Part shown: positions 55,560 to 64,000 of the stretch, piece after piece
Layout of the letters: each line of letters opens with the position of its first letter
Numbering within the stretch: the first letter of the stretch is position 1
IMG/VR virus record: IMGVR_UViG_3300045974_000132
Coordinates: 124,001 to 188,000 of that record
DNA: 64,000 nucleotides
Strand: one strand, 5' to 3'
Notes under the pieces: model-generated
Database searches by the model: none
The model's input: only the letters and a program-made list of their open reading frames with translations
Told to the model about the DNA's origin: nothing
Program-made: the position numbers and the translations under genes

Positions 55560-58500
55560 GTTTGTTTTCGATAGGTAGTTTGGAGGACTTGATAAGAGGG
55601 AAGGCTATCTTGTTTGCTTTGTGTTCAAGAGCTTTAAGAACAGCTTCTTCAAGGATGCGATCCCAGTTTGCTTCAACGATCTTGCTGATTTTGGTAACGG
55701 CAGCATCGGAGCAGATCAATGCGGTTACCGTTTCTTCAACGGCCCCATAAGCAATGCCCTTAGTACCGCTGTACTTACCGTCATTGAATTGCGAGTTGAT
55801 TATTTGGATAGCTGTCGTCCGAGCTTCTTGCTCAATCTTTGCCTGAAGGTCTTTCTCGTTGATAGAGATAGCGATTGGGATCTTAACTTCCATTTTCGTC
55901 ATCCTTGTTATAAGGGCCGGCATTACGCAAGCAGCTATTAATTTTGAAACCGATTACCCTAGTGTCTTCTTGAGCGAAGAGGTCTTCACGCAAAGATACA
56001 ATGTTATTGGTAATCTTCAGCAGGTTCTTGATCCAGCGAGACATGATAGCTGTATGGCTTGAAGACACCATTGCATCTTCTGGGAAACCAAGCAGCGGCT
56101 CAGAATGACGATTGGTAAAAGCTTCTTGCGTCCATTCTGTCTCAGCGCAGATTTCACCCAGGCGCTTACTACAGTCATGGGCCTTGTACATCAAGCAAGC
56201 AAGTTCTTCGGCTGACACAGATACCGTCATGTTCTTGATCTTACGGATTTCTTGCAGCTTGGCAGCACTGTCTTCAAAGTGTTCATCTGCAAGACTGAGG
56301 ACTCCAATGTACTCGCCTGGATTATCAGACCAGTCAGAGCAGTCATCGACAAGAACGCGCATGTCGTAACCAGTGTCACGATCAAAATCTTTTGTGATCC
56401 AAACGTCACCCATGCGAGAAGCGCCGGTCATGCGAAAACGTTTACCTTCATACGTGCAAAACAACTTGTGTTTTTTAATCCACTCAGGCCAATCCATTTG
56501 AAAGACAGCGGCCAGCCTGTATAAGAACAGACAGAAACGAGCATACTTTTGTCCAACAGATTGTTTGCCCGTATCAAAAGCATCCACCCAGTCATCTACA
56601 TGAGTAGGATCTTTCTTTTCTGCACTACTTTTGTTCTTTGTCATTTTGTTCTTTCAAGTTCACGTTTGAAGTAAAGTTAGGTTTGAGCTTTTCCAGAAGT
56701 TCTGGTGTAAACTCAATAATTTCAACAGGCTTACGTATGCAAGTACGAAAAATCCGTGACTGAGATTGAAACTCCTCGAGCGAAGAACCGTAGCCTGTTT
56801 TATAAAACTTTTCGCCAGGTGCAGTTTTTAGTATCTGCTCAATAGACTTTGAAAGGTCTACCTTCGCACGACTATTAACAATGCCTAGACCGTAACGCTT
56901 GTTCCACTTTTTTTGAATACGCTTGTGGTACGTTTCAGACATCCAGCGTTTCTTTTTGTGTTGCCTGCCGTACATTGAATAGTACGCATTCTTCATTGAC
57001 TGGTCACGTATAGAATGACCGTGCAACCGCTTTACAACTGAAGCTTTCCCAGCTTGATTGGGAATATGGAATACTGCTTTTCCTCCCATTGCACGAAGAT
57101 CAGCAAGCATCTTTTCTTGATAAGGATGAAGAGGGAATGAAGTACCTATGTCAGCAATCATCTTCGTCATCGTCATCATCCTCGATTTCAATCTCTTCAT
57201 CGTTTTCATCTTCTTCGGATTGAAGCATGTCTGTTACGAACTGAAGAGTTTCAGGTGTTGCACGACTAACTAGTTCAAGGTGTTCTGGATCATACCAAGA
57301 ACAACCGTTAACGGCATACTGCAAGCAACCGCCGTCAAGGGAAGCATCTGACACAACAAAAAAGTCACCACTAGGTGTAAACTTCCTGTCAGTAGTTGAT
57401 TGCTCAGTGAAGTTGACAACGTCACCGATTGCAAGAGATACACAAACTTCAGGCATTTTAATTACTCCCAATATAGGAATTCAGAAGAGTACGTGCATGT
57501 AAAACAGATGTATTCCACTCACCTGCAATGGATACATACAGTAAGTCTTTAGCACACTCACGGAGGCGCGTTTCAGACAGATCATACGCCAGACACCAAT
57601 ACAAACGAGCAGGTGTCTTTGTCCAGTATTCGCCAAATTGATGTTCAAGTGTTACAGCATTCCACTTTGCAAGAAACTCTTCAGGCGTCTTTACTTCACC
57701 GGCCATACTAGTCTCCTGTGATGAAAGCGATTTCGTGAATGATAGGATGAACGATACGCACAGGCCATACGTCAGAGTCACCGTCGATGTATCGAATAGC
57801 ATCTTCCACCGTATTGAAATCACCTACGTGATTCTCGTAATAGCCTTCGCCGTCAGGTTGTGAGAAGATAGCGATAGGTGAGCGACAAGCACCTTCGCTT
57901 ACGCCTATCGTACTCATTGAAACTTGATACCCTTTGTAAGCAAACTGGGCACACGCATCAATGGGATTGTTCTTGTCGAGAATGACAAAGTCCTGAACAG
58001 GTCGATAACGTGCAAGCCAACGATCTTGCAATTCATTGTAGTTATATCGTTCATTCAAAAATTTGAAGTGAGGAGTGTCATCATCAGCCCAAGTATAAGT
58101 AGCAAAGGGCTCCTTGGAGTAATGAATCGTTACACCGTCACCTGCAAACATAACGGTTTCAACAATATGAAGAGGGATGCCGATTTTGCTGAGTTGATAC
58201 AAAAGCTTGCCTGCACAGCGACCAGCACTGCGATATTCACCATAAGCCATTTTGTTTTCTTCCAAAATTGTTTTGTTGACCTTTGAGGCGCCGGGCGTCA
58301 GATTCGAGTTTGAGGATACGCTTTTCCAACGCTTCTTTATCTTCCTTGAAACTCGCTTCTGCTTTATCGACAGATGAACCTGTCCCGCAGTCTTGTTGCC
58401 ATCCATACTGCTTTGCAGATTCTTCAAAAGAGTCAACAAGCTTTTGTGAAGTCTTACTGAGTTTGATTTTCGCAGCCATTTTGTTTCTCCTCTTAGTAGT

Positions 58501-58794
58501 CGATGCTTTCGCCAAGGCCAGAAAGAGCGCAGGCCAAGGTCATGTAGTTGCTACCAAGCTTTGATATAGCTGCCGACAGCTTGATTGCAGAGTGAGCAAT
58601 GTCACTACCTGAAAGAGGCACCTGAAACCCTTCATGGCCTGCAAGAGCTTTACTCATGGTATTCAAGTAGATTGACGTAGTTTGGTGTGCGCAGGCTGCT
58701 TCACCCTGTGCTTCCTTGATTGCAGTAACGATTGCTTGCACTGTTGTATCCTTATCGTGCCAACTAGCAATTGTAAGGAGTTCAGCTTGAGTGG

Positions 58795-59388
58795 TCATAA
58801 GAAAGCATTCCCAGGAAGAGTTTCAAGAATAAGAATTACGGGAGTGATAACAACAGCCGTCGCATACGATATTGAATCGTTGTGCCCACCACCCGTCGAT
58901 ACTTCCTTGAAAGAGACAGTCAAGCATCTGGGCACTTCTACTGTACCCTTAGTCATATAAAGAGAAGCTTGAACAATCCCCATTTCATAGTCTTCAAGGA
59001 AGTCGCGCATCCGCTCTTTGAATAATTCAGGGAACTTAATTTCAGAAGTTTGCCCATCGACAAAAGCAAATGTACCCATGCCTGCTTTGTCACGTACCCA
59101 CTTAACTTCAGTAGGCTTACCGGAAGCTGGATCGAAAGCAGAAGCTTTTGCAGTTGCGTACTTGGGAGTTTCAATAAGATCGTGCAACAGCGCAAGAACT
59201 TCATCGAAGTTGGAAGACTTCTTAATCTGGTCAGCAAGAGCTTTCCACTCCTTGCGAACCCTCCTCGTACCGATAGTGGGAAGAAGAGTCTTCACTTCTT
59301 CAACAGACGGTTTGATCTTTGGAGCGGGCACAGCTTTCAGAATTTTAAAAGCGTCAACCAGAACATTGGGTTTCTTAGTAACAGGCAT
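58795..59388 (-). CDS. hypothetical protein (paralog of 54786-55559)
   Basis: GTRRVRKEWKAL...LLHDLIETPKY. Confidence 0.7.
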   Translation of the reverse strand: MPVTKKPNVLVDAFKILKAVPAPKIKPSVEEVKTLLPTIGTRRVRKEWKALADQIKKSSNFDEVLALLHDLIETPKYATAKASAFDPASGKPTEVKWVRDKAGMGTFAFVDGQTSEIKFPELFKERMRDFLEDYEMGIVQASLYMTKGTVEVPRCLTVSFKEVSTGGGHNDSISYATAVVITPVILILETLPGNAFL

Positions 59389-59406
59389 GGTAAATCTCCA
59401 GACGTT

Positions 59407-60276
59407 TTATTGTTGCAGTTTGCGACGCAGATAAGGATACTCAAGGGCTAAGATTTCGCGCAACTCGCGGTCATCATTCAGCCTAAACCAATTCGCTTGT
59501 TTCAAAATCATTTCTTCAGAGCCGCTCTTGATAAACATCGCAACAGCAAGCACCTGATCTAACATAGGCGTGTCTTTCATATACACGCACAGGTTTGCTA
59601 CATGCACATCAGACTTAGTGTGCAGAGACAAAGCATAGGGTGTGCTATGCCCAGGCCGCTCTGTTCTGTCCATTACGCTATGATACGCTTTCTTGATTAC
59701 AAACTTGAACAGACTTTCAGGGTGTGCAACTTCTACAGTGTCACCCTTCAAGAATATTCTTGCTTCTTCCTCAAAGCCTACGTTCAGCATAAGCTTCAAG
59801 GCACGCTTGATCGAACTCTTTGTTCTACGCTCTCTCGCAAGTGCAACCTTCTTTGCAATCTGGAAGCCAGCCCTGTTAATCGGCGGACTAACTCCTGCAT
59901 TGTATATGAAATAGTTTGTACCATTGATTGCAATACTACCTTGAACAATTGCAGTGCTGCTAGTAGTGGTGGGTACGAATATCCCACTACCACCTGAAAC
60001 ATAAAAGCCGTTAGTCGTAGCAGCAGTTGAAGTAGTGCTTACAAGGATGTTAGTCGAAGTGGCTGTCTGATAAAAGCGAATGTCAGTACCGTTTGAGGGA
60101 ACTAGCATATAGCCATTTACAACCAAGTTGCTGCCTGGAGTAGTTACACAAGCTGCTTCTATCTCAGGTGGAATCCTACTCGATACTATCTGAAGTGAAT
60201 TCGCTTCAATAGCAGCATTAAACAACCCAGCAGCTACTGGCGGATTTTGATAGGTTGTTTGTGCTTGAACAGGCAT
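59407..60276 (-). CDS. hypothetical protein with C-terminal LCV...PxxDxxLA...AN domain
   Basis: Thr/Ser-rich N-terminus; starts 1 nt after the stop of the GG-ending gene. Confidence 0.7.
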   Translation of the reverse strand: MPVQAQTTYQNPPVAAGLFNAAIEANSLQIVSSRIPPEIEAACVTTPGSNLVVNGYMLVPSNGTDIRFYQTATSTNILVSTTSTAATTNGFYVSGGSGIFVPTTTSSTAIVQGSIAINGTNYFIYNAGVSPPINRAGFQIAKKVALARERRTKSSIKRALKLMLNVGFEEEARIFLKGDTVEVAHPESLFKFVIKKAYHSVMDRTERPGHSTPYALSLHTKSDVHVANLCVYMKDTPMLDQVLAVAMFIKSGSEEMILKQANWFRLNDDRELREILALEYPYLRRKLQQ

Positions 60277-60277
60277 A

Positions 60278-60787
60278 CTAGCCTCCTGCGAGTGGCCTTA
60301 CTGCAAGGCTTTGCTCTTCCATAACATCTTCTGCTTTGCTGAGGCGCTTGATAGCGTCCATCGTGCGATTCTTGGACTGACGTTTGCTCAAATGCGCGTG
60401 GCCGTCACGAACGGCAGACGCAACATCAACGTCGTCCATTGCTTTGGTGAAGCGTTCAAAATCTTCGTCGGAGATGATAAGCGATTCGAGCTTATCCAGA
60501 TTCTTCTCAGTGACCTTGACTTCACGGTACATACGAAGAAGCGGAATCTTTCTCGTAGTGAAGAACGTAAAACCCTCAGCCATTTTCTTGCGAACCATTT
60601 CGAGAATCTTTTCACGGTTCTGTTCGTCCCAGGTGAGCGTAATGTCACCGGACATATTCATAAACGTGATACACGGAATGTCCTTCAGATGCTCTTGAGC
60701 AACCTGCTCGGCATCACAATCAGGGCAGACAACATTGTTAGTACGACCATGCTTTTCACAAGACATTTGGAACTCCTTCAAGGACAA
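60278..60787 (-). CDS. putative ubiquitin-like protein with C-terminal diglycine
   Basis: Ends SLAVRPLAGG, a MoaD/ThiS-like tail. Confidence 0.5.
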   Translation of the reverse strand: MSLKEFQMSCEKHGRTNNVVCPDCDAEQVAQEHLKDIPCITFMNMSGDITLTWDEQNREKILEMVRKKMAEGFTFFTTRKIPLLRMYREVKVTEKNLDKLESLIISDEDFERFTKAMDDVDVASAVRDGHAHLSKRQSKNRTMDAIKRLSKAEDVMEEQSLAVRPLAGG

Positions 60788-60794
60788 TGAATAA

Positions 60795-60824
60795 TGCCCA
60801 GCTAAAATGAACTCTAGCTGGGCA
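60795..60824 (-). terminator. hairpin (terminator or processing site)
   Basis: TGCCCAGCTA/TAGCTGGGCA inverted repeat. Confidence 0.5.
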
Positions 60825-61800
60825 ATTTTACTACACTATCTATTTACAGTATTAGCGGTCTTCCGCTGCAATCAAGTCCTTGTGGATTTCAATTGACAGC
60901 TTACCCGTCACACTGAGCTTGCAGGTTGCAATCAGAAAGCCGAAATTGGAATTGCTGAACTCCACAACGTCCCCCGGCTGGCCTTCCAGAATTGCCAGTC
61001 CTACTGCGCGAGGGATTGCTGTGGAGATTTTCACGTAGTAACGTGACCAGACAAGTTCTTTACCGCGATGCAGTTGTGCCAAAATGGGACGCTTGTGATG
61101 CTTAACAGCAGGCATTTTATTCTTCCTTGACGTTGTGGGAGTGAAAGTGAAAGTTTCAACAAAATGATGTAGGATACTCGATACTGACTTGAATACCCTA
61201 CCGCGTTTGTCAACTACCTGATCGACTCAACGTTACGTGATACGGTTCTTTGGGATGATTCTCAAAGCAGGTAGCACAGAATAACACGCGCCATTCAAGC
61301 TGCACTTCAATAACAGCAGCAGACTCCGCACTGACCAGCCACGCAAGGAGCAACTTGCTATCAAGACTGCTTCCATCTGTATAGAAAGCGGGATCAAAAG
61401 CCCCATTCATTTCCAGATACAGTGCAGTTTGCTCCTTCAGCTTGGTTTGAAATGCTGCAAGCTTAGGTGAGCGTAAGATCGCTTTGTCTGCAATTTTTCT
61501 AGCACCTGCTACAATCTCATCCCAATTCATCGGGGGCTTTTCCATTTCAAAACTCCTTTTTAGGGTTACGATACACCACTTGTTCCAGAAGCGGTGCAAT
61601 GTCTGCATCAAGAGCAACTTCGCGCATTTCAAGTTCGTCGCGCTTGGCCAACAACGGCGCAATTTGCTCAACCATGATTATTCGGATTTGAAGATCAACT
61701 GCTCTACGTGCAGCAGCAACCCTTTGACGCTCAGAATCCAGGATTGCAATCTTCAGCCCTTCTGCACTAACTTTTGATTCCTGGATAACATAATTCACAG

Positions 61801-62256
61801 TTAGTCCTTCCACTTATTGTTAACAGCATCCACCTGACGTTCACCCCACTGCAATTCAATGGCACCTTCTTTCACAGCAGGGAGTTCAGACATAGGCACA
61901 ACATAAACGGGATACATAGTAATACCCATTTTGTAAAACTTCACCATACGATGATGGCCGTCTATTGGGCACATACCACCACCGCGTTCTTCTGATAAGG
62001 GTGTAACAAACCCAGGTAGCTTATAATGATCTATGTTAAGCTGCTCAACCCGAGCTTCGTCGATTTCACGCTTCTCATACAAGAAGTCAATTACCTCTTT
62101 AGACAAGAAGATATTTGTTTGTGTCCACTTATCAGGGTTTGCACTCACAGCTTCCCGCAAACTGCTAACATCAACGACAAAGGGAATGTCAGAGGATGTG
62201 AATGTCTCTCTTGCCAGCCCAGCTTCGATCAAAGCCATTGCTTCACTTTTAGTCAT
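61801..62256 (-). CDS. ParB/Srx-like domain protein
   Basis: PIDGHHRM...GITMYPVYVV. Confidence 0.65.
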   Translation of the reverse strand: MTKSEAMALIEAGLARETFTSSDIPFVVDVSSLREAVSANPDKWTQTNIFLSKEVIDFLYEKREIDEARVEQLNIDHYKLPGFVTPLSEERGGGMCPIDGHHRMVKFYKMGITMYPVYVVPMSELPAVKEGAIELQWGERQVDAVNNKWKD

Positions 62257-62970
62257 TATGCCACCTCTTAGAAAGACTTAATCAAGTAGCCTGTTTCCAA
62301 GCTACTCTGTTAAATAGTTCTACGGCTTTTGGTCAGATCGGAGTACTACCATTTGTTCTGACATACCATAGTTATGAAGAATAACACGGCATTGCGATTG
62401 AGCATAGTGAGATTGTAAAAACTCACATGTAACATCCCGCGTATCGAGCCATCTTGGGCCTTCTTTACTAAACCACTTCTTGCGCGAACTGGAATAGATA
62501 GCGTAGGTGAAGGGCTGTTCAGCGGCTTCATAAAGATCGTCAGCAGGGCCACCTTCTGCATCAGTTTCATTCAATGCGAGTTCGGCTGCACAGTCTTCAG
62601 CAACCTCACGACCGAATTCTTCGCAATACAGAATACCGACGCGCTCATACGAGTCAGGCAGGCCTTCTGCTTCTTTCACAACAAGGCAGCCTTTGTGGTC
62701 GGGCGTATCGTAGTGAATCTCGAAAGCGCCGTCTGTTTCAAACAACTCGACGCGCAAAGCTTGCCCAGGCTTCAGAGTAACGACAACAGGTTCAAGTTTC
62801 ATTTACTTCCCCTTATTAAGTAATGGACTTATGTCCAATGTACCGCCTGCTTCAACTACGGCACGCATTAAAGTCAACCAACTAGGAACTACCCAGCCTT
62901 CGGGTGTAAATTTTGCAAACACACATTCGAGTCTGTCTACCTGCTCTATGGTACAGTGCAATGTAATCAT

Positions 62971-62999
62971 AGTATATCATATTTCGTCAGAAATGTCAA
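62971..62999 (-). promoter_or_regulatory. sigma70 promoter
   Basis: TTGACA-N17-TATACT. Confidence 0.75.
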
Positions 63000-63442
63000 G
63001 CCCTTCAATATCGCACTCATAGACGACGTAATGCCCAGCATTCTTGTAGTCAATAGACATGAAGACCACAACATGGTTGAAGTTGTAGAACAGCATATCG
63101 CAGGGAATCAGGTCTGTAAAGACAACCTGAAAAGGAAGCTTAGGAATTACTTCCTTTATCTTTGCCAGAAATTCTTTACGCCCTTGATGCGGATCACTAT
63201 GAACGAGTTGCTCAACCAACTCCGAAAGTTCGCGTGCTTTTACTTCAATCCAAGAGGCTGCCATGATAAAGTCCTCAGAAAACCAACGTTGCAAGCAAAG
63301 CAATACCGGGCAAAGGTTTGCCGGCAACAATAAGGTATATAGCAATTATAAGTTGTACTACGACACGAAGTGTCATTTTGTTTCTCCTAGAAAACTTAAT
63401 CAGGTGCTCGATAAAGAACACCCTGTTAAGCCTACTAGAACT

Positions 63443-63847
63443 CTAGTCAAACAGCTTGCCCAAAGAAGGGAAGTCTTCATTGCTGCGAAGCATGCGGTGC
63501 ATCAAACGCTGATGGTGCAGAGCAATACGCAGGCCGTTAAGCATCTTGAGTTCTTCGACAGAGACTTTACCGTCCTTGCCGTCAGCAGAATAACTGTAGA
63601 TGTAGAACGTCCCCTTCGTTTGCCCGATCTTGAGTTTGGCACAAGAAGTCAGGCAGTATTCAAAGAACGATTCTTTACCAGAGCGGTAAGCACGGAACTG
63701 CTGTTCCAGACGTTCTGCTTCCCACTTCGGAAAGCGATGGGTGACGCTCAGAATTTCGGCCATCATCTTGTCAGTGCAGTCGATCTTGATAGCACCAAAC
63801 TGCTCGACACGCTGGCCCTTCTTGTAATGAATTTTCATTTTATCCAA
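63443..63847 (-). CDS. hypothetical protein
   Basis: 134 aa ORF in the early-gene block. Confidence 0.6.
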   Translation of the reverse strand: MDKMKIHYKKGQRVEQFGAIKIDCTDKMMAEILSVTHRFPKWEAERLEQQFRAYRSGKESFFEYCLTSCAKLKIGQTKGTFYIYSYSADGKDGKVSVEELKMLNGLRIALHHQRLMHRMLRSNEDFPSLGKLFD

Positions 63848-64000
63848 AATCCTTGAGGAGTTAAGTGGTCGTCATTCAGAAAGTGATCGCTACCTGCGAC
63901 TAACGGAAAAGAACCGATCACGTATTGCTTACGGCGAGCAGGCCCATAGCGTGCTTGTTCATGGCAGTTATGAATCGTCACAACATTCGTCCAACGATTG

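Noticed and set aside
1-64000. Alternative genetic code or prophage/bacterial chromosome origin
   Set aside because: Conserved genes read intact in code 11 with all three stops used and no suppressor tRNA; single-strand gene density and phage-type replication genes without housekeeping operons or an integrase indicate a large phage

Overview
The window is a 64 kb segment of a large (jumbo-type) tailed-phage genome. Essentially all genes are on the minus strand; the one exception is an endonuclease gene inserted in gyrB. The host is probably a betaproteobacterium, possibly Rhodocyclales-like (inference from a permuted tmRNA, a PEP-CTERM protein and the XRE regulator type). 1-15 kb is a replication block: DnaB-like helicase, sigma-like protein, type IIA topoisomerase A subunit, a fractured gyrB carrying a naturally split intein with an antisense PD-(D/E)xK endonuclease between its halves, HNH genes, a ferritin-like protein and a Dda-like helicase. 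15-33 kb holds host-type accessory genes: GGDEF-EAL plus HDOD, porin plus permease, STAS, ACP, hemerythrin and a stand-alone LeuRS C-terminal-like domain. 29.5-50.7 kb is an RNA-rich region with 7 tRNAs (several atypical), a two-piece permuted tmRNA, more than ten stem-closed non-coding modules and a ~500 nt ROOL-like candidate. Most notable are three HNH + replacement-tRNA cassettes, each inserted inside a resident tRNA gene whose 5' and 3' halves still flank it. 46-64 kb encodes histone-like/intrinsically disordered proteins, a PC4-like protein, an XRE regulator, a candidate ubiquitin-like (C-terminal GG) plus Cys-enzyme pair, and many small early genes behind consensus sigma70 promoters. 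All calls are from reading motifs by eye; no searches or folding programs were run.
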